DNA of 64,000 nt from Candidatus Woesearchaeota archaeon (GCA_964358765.1 CAYHPN010000001.1:91182-155181); one strand, 5' to 3'. Numbered from the stretch's first letter, positions 46,337-54,690 are shown. A program made the numbers and translations. Notes: generated from the letters alone by a model not told the origin.

Positions 46337-46542
46337 TATTTTTCTTTCAACAATTTTTTACTTTTGTTGAAGTTGATTGCTGTATTAATTCTTGAAACTG
46401 CCCTTTTAATCTCTTTGGTTTTTGCATTTGTCTTATTTCCTGCAATATTTGCTTTTATTAATTGAAGTTTTAATTCATCCATTTTTTCATTACGCTCTTT
46501 ATCGCTCATTTTTATTATGTCTTTATATTTTAAAATCGCCAT
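46336..46542 (-). CDS. rpl29: ribosomal protein uL29
   Basis: 68 aa helical protein. ...MSDKERNEKMDELKLQLIKANIAG... Position between uS3 and SUI1. Confidence 0.8.
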   Translation of the reverse strand: MAILKYKDIIKMSDKERNEKMDELKLQLIKANIAGNKTNAKTKEIKRAVSRINTAINFNKSKKLLKEK

Positions 46543-47240
46543 TATTTTTTATCTCCCGCTTTATGCTTTTTTGATTTAGATTCTTTTTTAACATCTTCTT
46601 TTGGATTTTCTAACTCTTGTGCAGAAATTCTCAGTCTTTCTTTTAAATCTTCATCTACAATTATCTGGTCGTGGATCTTTGCATTTGGGGGCAGTATTCT
46701 TATTTGAACTCCAACTACTCCAGGCATTGTAGTGGCCTGTGATTGCGCGCTAAGAACTACTTTGGCAGGGTCTCCTGTTTTCTTAAGATATCCTTGAGAA
46801 AATCTCCATCTTCTTGCTCTGTCACTTGGAAGCTTTCCAGATAATACAATCTCTGCACCTAGAGCGCCTGATTTCATAATTTGTTGAAGCATTTTATAGG
46901 CAATTACTTTGAATTTTAAAGAGCCCTGTCTTTCAAGCATCATAGCAATTTCATCTGCAACTAATTGTGCATCAAGCAAAGGTTGAATTATTTCTTCTAT
47001 CTTTATATGTGGATTGTCAAGATGAAAACGTTTTTTTAATACTGTTGTAAGCTCGTCAATCTTTTCTCCTCTCTTTCCTATGACTAAACCTGGTCTGCTA
47101 GTTGAAACAATTATTTTTTCTCCGACTGGAGTATATTCTATTGTAACATCGCTGACTTTAGCTTTACCTAATTCTTTCTTAATATATTCCCTGACTCCTA
47201 ATTCTTCTTTCTTAAATGTTACAAATTTTTTCTCATCCAT
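46542..47240 (-). CDS. rps3: ribosomal protein uS3
   Basis: KH domain (VSTSRPGLVIGKRGEKIDELT) and a C-terminal domain (GALGAEIVLSGKL...). Confidence 0.9.
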   Translation of the reverse strand: MDEKKFVTFKKEELGVREYIKKELGKAKVSDVTIEYTPVGEKIIVSTSRPGLVIGKRGEKIDELTTVLKKRFHLDNPHIKIEEIIQPLLDAQLVADEIAMMLERQGSLKFKVIAYKMLQQIMKSGALGAEIVLSGKLPSDRARRWRFSQGYLKKTGDPAKVVLSAQSQATTMPGVVGVQIRILPPNAKIHDQIIVDEDLKERLRISAQELENPKEDVKKESKSKKHKAGDKK

Positions 47241-47241
47241 T

Positions 47242-47868
47242 TTATTTTTTTGCTCCCATTTTGAATTCTTTAGCCTTTAAGATTACATTTGATCTCTTAG
47301 CTCTTTTTCCGCCGGCTCTTTGTGGTCTAGCCGCCCAACTTGTTGAACCGATATAAATTCTTGTTTTATCTAAATCCAATCCTGAAGAAATTACATTTCC
47401 CTTTAATCCTTTTAACAAGTTTATGAACTCTATTGATGCATTTATAGGGTATCTTCCTGACATCATACCTTTACCTTTTCTATGAGGAATTTCGCCTTTA
47501 AAAGGTATTGCCCTTTTGTAAGCAATAACTTCTCTAAGTTGAGAAATTGCAAGATCGATTGATTTATTTTTAATGAAACTACAAATAAACATTCCATGTT
47601 TTTTTGAGATATGCAAATTAGATCCGTATGCAACTGCTTCATATTTTTTAACTTTTGGTTTCTCGAGGGCTTTCTTGGCTTTGTCTTCTTTCTTTTCAGA
47701 TAGGGTTTCTTTTTTATCATCTGATTTTGCTGGGTGCTTATGCTCGACTTTAGCTTCTAGACTATGGGCGGGAACTACAGAATCTGATTTAGGTGCAGGG
47801 GTTTTTTCTTCGACTTTTGCATCTACTTTTTTTACTTTCTCTGCTTGTTTTTTTGTTTCTTCTGTCAT
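47242..47868 (-). CDS. rpl22: ribosomal protein uL22 with a ~75-aa K/E-rich N-terminal extension
   Basis: Core ...LHISKKHGMFICSFIKNKSIDLAISQLREVIAYKRAIPF... Start placed at ATG 47868, 1 nt after the uS19 stop. Confidence 0.8.
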   Translation of the reverse strand: MTEETKKQAEKVKKVDAKVEEKTPAPKSDSVVPAHSLEAKVEHKHPAKSDDKKETLSEKKEDKAKKALEKPKVKKYEAVAYGSNLHISKKHGMFICSFIKNKSIDLAISQLREVIAYKRAIPFKGEIPHRKGKGMMSGRYPINASIEFINLLKGLKGNVISSGLDLDKTRIYIGSTSWAARPQRAGGKRAKRSNVILKAKEFKMGAKK

Positions 47869-47869
47869 T

Positions 47870-48283
47870 TTACTTCTTCTGAGCTTTGGATCCTTTTGTT
47901 GCTCCAATACCTGCGCTTCCATGATTTACTTTACTTCTTGTCATTGCAAACTCTCCTAAACGGTGACCAATCATTTCATGAGTTATTGTAATATCTTGGA
48001 ACATTTTTCCGTTGTAGATTCCAATTGTTAGACCTACAAGCTTTGGAACTATAACTAAATCACGCAAGTGTGTTCTTATTTTTCTGCTTTTTGATGCCTG
48101 GCTTTCACAAAGTTTTACAAATTTTTCTATGACATCAAAATTTCTATTTATGGATCTTCTGCTTCTGGAAGGCATGAATTTTGCAGATTCTCTTACGTCT
48201 AAACCTTTTAGATAATCTAAAGGTTTGCCCCTGTAGATATATTCTTTGCTCTTTACTTCTACGTTTTGTTTTTCATCAGCCAT
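47870..48283 (-). CDS. rps19: ribosomal protein uS19
   Basis: ...RTHLRDLVIVPKLVGLTIGIYNGKMFQDITITHEMIGHRLGEFAMTR... Start placed at ATG 48283, 1 nt after the upstream stop, with a GGAG 12 nt upstream. Confidence 0.85.
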   Translation of the reverse strand: MADEKQNVEVKSKEYIYRGKPLDYLKGLDVRESAKFMPSRSRRSINRNFDVIEKFVKLCESQASKSRKIRTHLRDLVIVPKLVGLTIGIYNGKMFQDITITHEMIGHRLGEFAMTRSKVNHGSAGIGATKGSKAQKK

Positions 48284-48284
48284 T

Positions 48285-48641
48285 TTATATTTGTTCTCCT
48301 GATTGTTCTCTCGCTTCATTTAGCTCTTCTAATAATGCTACAGCTTCATCTCTTTCTTCTCTTGGAACAAAAGCGATTTTTGCATAATGTAACTGCCTAA
48401 GACTAAACTCTTGCTCTCCATTTGTAATCTGATCTTCACCAAACATACGAATTTTGACATGGAGTATTGTTAATAATCTAACACTTTGCAAAGAACCATT
48501 CAATCCAAATCTCAAGTTACCTTCAACATCCCCAAGATAAACATGAGGCACCATTGTCTCTCCAATAGCATATTCTCGTCCAACTACCAACTCTGGTCTT
48601 TTCCATTCAAATCCTTGATTAGATGTTTTTTCTTCAGTCAT
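48285..48641 (-). CDS. unassigned 118-aa protein inserted between uL2 and uS19
   Basis: ATG is 2 nt after the uL2 stop; stop is 1 nt before the uS19 ATG. No match to any ribosomal protein I recognise. Confidence 0.55.
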   Translation of the reverse strand: MTEEKTSNQGFEWKRPELVVGREYAIGETMVPHVYLGDVEGNLRFGLNGSLQSVRLLTILHVKIRMFGEDQITNGEQEFSLRQLHYAKIAFVPREERDEAVALLEELNEAREQSGEQI

Positions 48642-48643
48642 TT

Positions 48644-49339
48644 TTATTTTTTCCTCCCTGTTCTTCTAGGTCTTAAGTGTCCAACTTTCTTTCCTGGAGG
48701 AGCGTTTCTAACTGCAATCTTGGATTTAATTCTTTTACCTCTACCAGATCCGAAAGGATGATCTACTGCGTTAACTTTAACTGCGGAAGTTCTTGGCCAT
48801 AATTTGTTTCTAGCTTTCATTTTGTAATGTTTTTTACCTGCAGTTACAAATGGTTTTAATAATCTTCCGTCTCCAGCTATAACTCCTAGAGTTGCTCTGC
48901 AATTATCATTTAATGTGATTTCATTTTTATTAGGCATTAATATTATCGCAGAACTTTTCTCTTTTTTTACTAAAGTAGCAAAACTTCCTGAAGTTCTAAT
49001 CATTTTTCCCCCGTCGCCTGGATTTCTTTCTAAGTTGTAAATTTTAGATCCGAGTGGAATGCTTTTTAAGAATGAGATGTCTCCTTCTTTAGGCGTTTCG
49101 TTTCCAACTATAATTTTTTGTCCGACAAAAGAGCCAGTAAAAGCAGGAATATAAGAAATTTTATTATTTAAATTGAGTTTTAATAATGGGGCTGAGTGTG
49201 CTGCAGAATGAAAAATTCTGTCAATGTGAGCTTCTCCCGAAATTGATGGATATTTAATTGTGTATATGAAAGCTTTTTTTCTAACTTGATATGTTGGTCC
49301 GCCTTTACCCCTTGCCTGTTGAATTATGCTTTTTCCCAT
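48644..49339 (-). CDS. rpl2: ribosomal protein uL2
   Basis: ...GDGGKMIRTSGSFATLV... and VNAVDHPFGSGRGKR. Confidence 0.9.
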   Translation of the reverse strand: MGKSIIQQARGKGGPTYQVRKKAFIYTIKYPSISGEAHIDRIFHSAAHSAPLLKLNLNNKISYIPAFTGSFVGQKIIVGNETPKEGDISFLKSIPLGSKIYNLERNPGDGGKMIRTSGSFATLVKKEKSSAIILMPNKNEITLNDNCRATLGVIAGDGRLLKPFVTAGKKHYKMKARNKLWPRTSAVKVNAVDHPFGSGRGKRIKSKIAVRNAPPGKKVGHLRPRRTGRKK

Positions 49340-49340
49340 T

Positions 49341-49583
49341 TTAGATCATACCTAGTTTAGTTGCAATATCTATTGCAGGATTCTCCTTTTTAAGTTTAAC
49401 ATATGCTCTTTTTTGATTATGCCTGATAAGAGTTCTTACTGATTCAACCTTGACCTTGAATACAGTTTCAACTTCTTTTTTAATCTCATCTCTGCTTGCT
49501 TTTTTTTCTACTCCAAATAATAAAGTGTTATCTAAATCAATCATCTTTACTGCTTTTTCAGAGGATAATGGTTTAAGAATCAT
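49341..49583 (-). CDS. rpl23: ribosomal protein uL23
   Basis: ILKPLSSEKAVKMIDLDNTLLFGVEKKASRDEIKKEVETVFKVKVESVRTL. Confidence 0.85.
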   Translation of the reverse strand: MILKPLSSEKAVKMIDLDNTLLFGVEKKASRDEIKKEVETVFKVKVESVRTLIRHNQKRAYVKLKKENPAIDIATKLGMI

Positions 49584-50356
49584 TTTTTACTCCCTATGTG
49601 ATTTAATTCTGAAATTGCTTTTTCAGTAAACAAAGTCAATCTTCCTAATGGGTAAAGATCTGCGATTTCTAGATTTCTAATATTTCTAATTTCAAACCCG
49701 CTGAATGTTGCTTTTTCATCTTTGCCTGTTAAAATTAGAATTCCTGCATTTGATTTATATTTTCTTCCTCTCTTTTTCCCTTTTCCTGCTCGCACAACTT
49801 TATTTTTTAATGCTAACTCAATATTCTTTCCAAGAATTTTTTTTAATGTAGAAACGAGAGATTTTGTTTTTTGAGGTAATGAATCAATGATGAAAGGAGC
49901 GTGATCGAGAGTATGTAATGTTTCGTATCTTTTTTGTATAAGAGAAATAGAAGATGTAGCAGCAATACCAGAATTAATTGCCAAGGCAATTTCTTTTTTA
50001 TTTGTTTTTTTATCGGCGTAAATTCCAGTTGGAGGGAATGCTCTTCTTCCGCCTCTGGCAGAAGGCATGTTGGAAGCGACCCAATAGAAATTTGTTCCAC
50101 GTCTAGACATTGTTTTTCTTGGAACTCTTGAAATACCTTTTCCATAATGGCCTTTCCAGTCATGTCTTTTGTGGCTAATTTGATTATATCCTTGCTGCCT
50201 TATACCTGCACCGATTTTTGGAGAGTAGGGTTGAATTTTTTTAGATACTTCAAAGTGCTTCATTACAATGTCTTCTCTTATTGGAGAAGAAAATACTGAT
50301 GGTAAGTCTATTTGACCTTTCTTCTCGCCTGCTGAACTATATAATGTTGTTTTCAT
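49580..50356 (-). CDS. rpl4: ribosomal protein uL4
   Basis: ...QGYNQISHKRHDWKGHYGKGISRVPR... and position between uL3 and uL23. Confidence 0.85.
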   Translation of the reverse strand: MKTTLYSSAGEKKGQIDLPSVFSSPIREDIVMKHFEVSKKIQPYSPKIGAGIRQQGYNQISHKRHDWKGHYGKGISRVPRKTMSRRGTNFYWVASNMPSARGGRRAFPPTGIYADKKTNKKEIALAINSGIAATSSISLIQKRYETLHTLDHAPFIIDSLPQKTKSLVSTLKKILGKNIELALKNKVVRAGKGKKRGRKYKSNAGILILTGKDEKATFSGFEIRNIRNLEIADLYPLGRLTLFTEKAISELNHIGSKK

Positions 50357-50679
50357 AGTCCGAAACTCCTTAGATATGCGTGAGTTGTAATTTTTTTATC
50401 TTCATTATGAATAGTATCCGACATATAATATCCAGATATTAATTTCAACGCCCCGTTAGAAATCTTTAATTTATCACTCTGTGTTAAAAATACTTCTCTA
50501 GGCTGTCCACTTTCATATCTGCTTAATAATGTAAATTCATCATTATCGGATCTGTACATACATCCATCAGAAGTTGCAATGAACTCTCCAGGCTTTAAAT
50601 TATCTAAGTCATCTAAAGATCTTAAAATTACTACTTCCATTTTTCTCTCCATTGTTGTTTCTGATTCTCCTATTCCCAT
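50353..50679 (-). CDS. unassigned ~95-108-aa protein inserted between uL3 and uL4
   Basis: First ATG is 1 nt after the uL3 stop. Internal ATG 50640 is preceded by GGAGAG. Its stop overlaps the uL4 ATG (ATGA), and the uL4 GGAG lies inside its 3' end. Confidence 0.5.
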   Translation of the reverse strand: MGIGESETTMERKMEVVILRSLDDLDNLKPGEFIATSDGCMYRSDNDEFTLLSRYESGQPREVFLTQSDKLKISNGALKLISGYYMSDTIHNEDKKITTHAYLRSFGL

Positions 50680-50680
50680 A

Positions 50681-51619
50681 TTAATGCATTAACTCCTGAA
50701 ATTCATATTTTCTTTTAGTTTGTATTTTAGTAGGTCTGAATGCTGGAGTTAATAATATTTGTCTTTTTACTGGACCTTGAATAGAACCTTTGACAATTAA
50801 ATATGAAGTTTTTATATTTCCGTAATTTTTGAATCCTGTAATGGGGTTAACATTTTTATCTTTTACATTGCCTTTTGATAATATCATTAAATTATATATA
50901 ATTCTTGTAAATAGGCCGAACTGACCTGCTTGTGGGGCGTGGAAAGTAACTCTAGCCGGATGCCATGGAGCTAATGATCCAGGTCTTCTTACTCCTTTTT
51001 CTGTTTTGTGTTGTTTAAGGGCAATACCAAATCTTTTAACTGGGCCAACTAAACCTTTTCCTTTAGTTAGGCCTCTAGCGTCAATCATGTCAAATTTAAA
51101 ATCATCCACTGTAATTTCTTTATGTAAATGAGCTTTAACAAAAGCCAATTTATCTGGAGAGGAAATAGCAACTTCAACAATATCTGGTGTTTTTTTAATT
51201 GAAGTTTGTTTTGGAATAGAATAGATTATTACTCGAATATCATCATAACCCTCTGGAACGTGATCGAGATTTTTTGTTTGTTTAGGAACTTTAAGAATAC
51301 GTTTTAATTCTTTATCATTAGAAACAATGATTTCCTTCATGACTTGGCCATGTTTATAGAATCTTACTGAGAATATTTTCATATGAGGAACTTCGAGAAT
51401 TGTAACCGGAAGAACGATTTGCTTTCCTTGTGTCATAACTTTATCTGTTGAATCTTTAATTAATGCTGAAGACATTCCAGCCTTGTATGCAATAATACCT
51501 AAAAAACCTTCAGTCTTTGTATTAATAGTGCTCCAGTTAGGACTAGGGAGATACTTAGAAACTCTCTTTCTCGGATAAAATTGAAGACTTCCTCGTCTTG
51601 GTCTTGATAATTTTGACAT
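50681..51619 (-). CDS. rpl3: ribosomal protein uL3
   Basis: SRPRRGSLQFYPRKR...GIIAYKAGMS... and FHAPQAGQFG. Confidence 0.9.
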   Translation of the reverse strand: MSKLSRPRRGSLQFYPRKRVSKYLPSPNWSTINTKTEGFLGIIAYKAGMSSALIKDSTDKVMTQGKQIVLPVTILEVPHMKIFSVRFYKHGQVMKEIIVSNDKELKRILKVPKQTKNLDHVPEGYDDIRVIIYSIPKQTSIKKTPDIVEVAISSPDKLAFVKAHLHKEITVDDFKFDMIDARGLTKGKGLVGPVKRFGIALKQHKTEKGVRRPGSLAPWHPARVTFHAPQAGQFGLFTRIIYNLMILSKGNVKDKNVNPITGFKNYGNIKTSYLIVKGSIQGPVKRQILLTPAFRPTKIQTKRKYEFQELMH

Positions 51620-51728
51620 ACTTTAACATTGTTTGGCTCCAACTCCGTTGCCTATTTTAATTCTAAAAAACCTTTGAAGTTTTTTGGATTCTACTTTACT
51701 TTGAGAAAATTGGGGTTTTTAAATCTGG

Positions 51729-51736
51729 CGGTAGGA
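51729..51736. repeat. target-site duplication, left copy (CGGTAGGA)
   Basis: The 8 nt immediately outside the left terminal inverted repeat are identical to 55040-55047. Confidence 0.7.
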
Positions 51737-51762
51737 TGAGCTGTAAAGTAAACGTCACCTAA
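51737..51762. repeat. left terminal inverted repeat
   Basis: TGAGCTGTAAAGTAAACGTCACCTAA. The reverse complement of 55014-55039 is TGAGCTGTAAAGTTAACGACACCTAA. Confidence 0.75.
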
Positions 51763-51794
51763 GAATATTTAAATGCCTTGATATCTTAGTTTAG

Positions 51795-52163
51795 ATGGAT
51801 GATAAGAAAGTAGAACGTGTTTTTAAAAGGAAGTTTACTACAAAAAATGATGGAGAAAACGTAACATTAAGAGAGAATTTGCCATCTAAGGAAACAGATA
51901 TGGATGCTGAAGATGTAAAAAATAGAGACGACTTCATACTATTTCTAAAGAAACTAAATGCTGATTTTAATGATTGGTTGCAAAACGAAAAATCTGACAA
52001 TCCCATTATGTGGGATAGTAGTAGATGGGCACAGAAATTTACTGGAGATTTTTTAGAAGCAATGTCTGCTTGGATAGAAGGACATGACTATGGAAAAGGG
52101 AAAAAAGCTCTTAGCTGGAGAGAAATTGCTGAACTCTTTGACGGCGCAAGAGTTTATGAATAG
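51795..52163 (+). CDS. hypothetical acidic protein (transposon passenger)
   Basis: 122-aa ORF. TATA TATTTAAAT ends about 21 nt upstream. Convergent 10-nt overlap with the transposase 3' end. Confidence 0.5.
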   Translation: MDDKKVERVFKRKFTTKNDGENVTLRENLPSKETDMDAEDVKNRDDFILFLKKLNADFNDWLQNEKSDNPIMWDSSRWAQKFTGDFLEAMSAWIEGHDYGKGKKALSWREIAELFDGARVYE

Positions 52164-53017
52164 CCTGAAGAAAGCCTAATCAACCCTAACCATCTATTAT
52201 CGCCTAAGTTTAACTCTTGTCCTGCTCTATTACAAGGCACTTCGTCTATTGTTGTGTGGGCTTCTATGAAGTTATGTTGTATAGTTATAGCCATCATCAT
52301 TATTGGTGCAGACCAAAGAGCTTTCAAACCTCTAAAGTCATCTACTCTATCTTTTATCTTCATGAAAACAGTTTCTATCCGATAATTATGAACTTTTGTT
52401 TTACTATAATTTTGTATCTTATGTTCAACTGTTAAACCTTTTATTTTGTTAGAATAGAATAGCTTCTGAAATGCTCTAGGATAAAATACTCCTGCATCAG
52501 TTTGGATATATTTTGGCTTCCCTTTACTTATTGCCTTCTTTAGAAACTGCATTGCTTGATTAGGATTACCAGACAATGAATAATGAATGCCAGTGATTAA
52601 ACGAGTATCCCAATCAAGACAACACCAAAACCTATCGCCTCTACCTTCACAGTCTATTAGAGTTTCATCTGCATAAAAGCTATTTCCTAAATTGTAGCCT
52701 AACTTTTCAACAAATTTCTGAACTTTCAAAGAATATCTTCTTACCCAATCTAAAATAGTCATGTGACTAACCTTAGTGCCTAAATGCCTACTTAACTGGC
52801 TTTTCATTTTTCTACTTGAAAGATTAGAGATATACATATCAACAGACATAGTGATTATTTTCTCGTTGTTTCTCATTCTGTAAAATCCTAAGTCTTGCGT
52901 GAAGTATCTCTTGCAGTTTTTACAATAATGTTTTTGGATTTTACCCCTATTTTCTGTCTTTCTATATCCTTTCTTGTAGCTATTTATTCCCTTACAAAAT
53001 TTACATTTTATTTCCAT
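52154..53017 (-). CDS. IS6-family DDE transposase with an N-terminal zinc finger
   Basis: CKFCKG...CKNCKRYF zinc finger. DDE region YADETLIDCEG...WCCLDWDTRLITG...IQTDAGVFYPRAF...NYRIETVFMKIKDR...HNFIEAH follows the IS6 D-D-E pattern as I recall it. Confidence 0.8.
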   Translation of the reverse strand: MEIKCKFCKGINSYKKGYRKTENRGKIQKHYCKNCKRYFTQDLGFYRMRNNEKIITMSVDMYISNLSSRKMKSQLSRHLGTKVSHMTILDWVRRYSLKVQKFVEKLGYNLGNSFYADETLIDCEGRGDRFWCCLDWDTRLITGIHYSLSGNPNQAMQFLKKAISKGKPKYIQTDAGVFYPRAFQKLFYSNKIKGLTVEHKIQNYSKTKVHNYRIETVFMKIKDRVDDFRGLKALWSAPIMMMAITIQHNFIEAHTTIDEVPCNRAGQELNLGDNRWLGLIRLSSGYS

Positions 53018-53024
53018 GCTATAA

Positions 53025-53062
53025 TTCGGTTACCGAAGTATTTAAGCATTTCGGTGTCCGAA
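53025..53062 (-). promoter_or_regulatory. promoter-operator cassette copy A (transposase)
   Basis: TTCGGTTACCGAA - GTATTTAAGCAT - TTCGGTGTCCGAA: two TTCGG-N3-CCGAA palindromes flank a minus-strand TATA (CTTAAATA). The TATA ends 22 nt before the transposase ATG. Confidence 0.6.
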
Positions 53063-53081
53063 CATATAACTTACTAACTTA

Positions 53082-53156
53082 TACAATAATAGTAGGTTTT
53101 TTTAGAAAGATTTAAATAGTTTAAACCTACTATTATTGTAACTAATAGTAGGTTTT
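53082..53156 (+). promoter_or_regulatory. Fic gene promoter with an 18-bp perfect inverted repeat bracketing the TATA box, plus a third half-site
   Basis: TACAATAATAGTAGGTTT (53082-53099) and its exact complement AAACCTACTATTATTGTA (53123-53140) bracket TTTAAATA (53111-53118). TAATAGTAGGTTTT repeats directly at 53143-53156. Confidence 0.55.
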
Positions 53157-53162
53157 AGTAAC

Positions 53163-54521
53163 ATGAGAAGACCGAAATCACCCCCACAACAAAAAGAATT
53201 GCGAGAAATAGTCGGAGATAAAAAAAATCAATCGTTATTCGATTATATGGGTAATAAAGAGATTAACGCATTTATTAAAGAGATGAATAATAGATATTTG
53301 CATTGGGATGAATTTGTTTATAGAACCCCTCCAAATAATGCAGATAGGGAAATCGTATGGACTTTGATGAAGTTTAATAGAAATTCCGCTGCTAAAAAAA
53401 TTAAAATAAGTAATGAAGGAGAGTTTAGTTTCAAATTTAATTTGTTAGACAATATACAACAAAAGTTACATGAATTTGACATGAATTTAGGAGGAACTTT
53501 AGGGTCGGCACAGTTTATTCCACAAGAAGAAAAAAATAGATATCTGATAAATTCTATTATGGAAGAAGCGATTGCCTCTAGTCAATTAGAAGGGGCTTCT
53601 ACAACAAGGAAAGTAGCAAAAGAGATGTTAAGAACTGCGAGAAAACCAAAAAACAAATCTGAAAAAATGATTATGAATAATTATCTAACTGCTAAGATGA
53701 TAAAAGATTCGAATGTTAAAAAACTTACTCCTGAATTTATACTTGAAATACACAAAAGTATAACTAAAGATACTTTGGATGATAAGAGTTACGAAGGAAA
53801 GTTTAGAGACACCGACGATATTGTTGTAGTGGACGAATCTACTGGTGAAATTTCTTATCATCCGCCAAAGCATGAATTAATTAGCAAAGTAATTGAAGAA
53901 TTTTGTGACTTCGCTAATAAACCTAGCACTTATTTTATGCACCCAATAGTGAAAGCGTCTATTCTCCATTTTTTAATTGGCTATATTCACCCATTTGTCG
54001 ATGGAAATGGTAGAACGGCTAGGTCTCTTTTTTACTGGTATTTAACCAAAGAAGGATACTGGATAATTGAGTTTATGTCTATTTCTAGGATAATAATAAA
54101 ATCTCCATCTAAATATTCAAGAGCTTATCTCTATACAGAAACTGACGAAAACGATTTAACATATTTTCTCAACTATCAAATTAGAACAATAGATATAGCT
54201 TTACGAGAATTGAAAAATTACATCTCTAGAAAAATGAAGGAGAAAGAAACATTATTTAAAATTATAGATAAGATAGAGGGTCTTAACATTCGTCAAGCAA
54301 ATATGATTAAAATGCTTTATCAAGATGAAAGAAAAAGACTAACTATGAGGGAACTACAAGAAACATTTAACATAGTATATGAAACAGCCAGGAAAGACTT
54401 GTTAGATTTAGAGAATAGAGGTTTTATCGAAAGAAGATTAATTGGAAAACAAAAGCTAATCTTCATTCGTTCAAAGAAGTTTCATGACTTGATAAGTAAA
54501 CATCTAGAAAATATCGAGTAG
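53163..54521 (+). CDS. Fic/Fido-domain protein with a C-terminal winged-helix domain
   Basis: Canonical Fic motif HPFVDGNGRTARSL, with a wHTH-like tail (TMRELQETFNIVYETARKDLLDLENRGFIER). Confidence 0.85.
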   Translation: MRRPKSPPQQKELREIVGDKKNQSLFDYMGNKEINAFIKEMNNRYLHWDEFVYRTPPNNADREIVWTLMKFNRNSAAKKIKISNEGEFSFKFNLLDNIQQKLHEFDMNLGGTLGSAQFIPQEEKNRYLINSIMEEAIASSQLEGASTTRKVAKEMLRTARKPKNKSEKMIMNNYLTAKMIKDSNVKKLTPEFILEIHKSITKDTLDDKSYEGKFRDTDDIVVVDESTGEISYHPPKHELISKVIEEFCDFANKPSTYFMHPIVKASILHFLIGYIHPFVDGNGRTARSLFYWYLTKEGYWIIEFMSISRIIIKSPSKYSRAYLYTETDENDLTYFLNYQIRTIDIALRELKNYISRKMKEKETLFKIIDKIEGLNIRQANMIKMLYQDERKRLTMRELQETFNIVYETARKDLLDLENRGFIERRLIGKQKLIFIRSKKFHDLISKHLENIE

Positions 54522-54683
54522 TTATTTATCTTTTTCAATAATTATTTTGTTGTTTTCGAATTTTACATTTAACTCTTTACCCTCAAGTCTACTCTCTTCG
54601 ACAACTCTTTTAGGTAAATTAATCTTATATTTATAATAAATTGTTTCGCCAACTTTTTTATCCACCGCTTTCATAATCTTCAT
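54522..54683 (-). CDS. AbrB/SpoVT-like micro-protein (53 aa), not in ORF track
   Basis: MKIMKAVDKKVGETIYYKYKINLPKRVVEESRLEGKELNVKFENNKIIIEKDK has the ..i.LPK.vve...l..g.el.v..e...iii.k swapped-hairpin pattern. Driven by cassette copy B with identical 22-nt TATA-ATG spacing. Confidence 0.5.
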   Translation of the reverse strand: MKIMKAVDKKVGETIYYKYKINLPKRVVEESRLEGKELNVKFENNKIIIEKDK

Positions 54684-54690
54684 AAAAGGT

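Noticed and set aside
38536-50163. Many plus-strand and nested minus-strand ORFs within the ribosomal protein operon (e.g. 44173-44544, 45202-45711, 46032-46370, 47573-47959, 49843-50163)
   Set aside because: They are antisense to, or out of frame within, ribosomal protein genes with clear identities. Their low-complexity F/L/S-rich translations are typical of shadow frames in AT-rich DNA.
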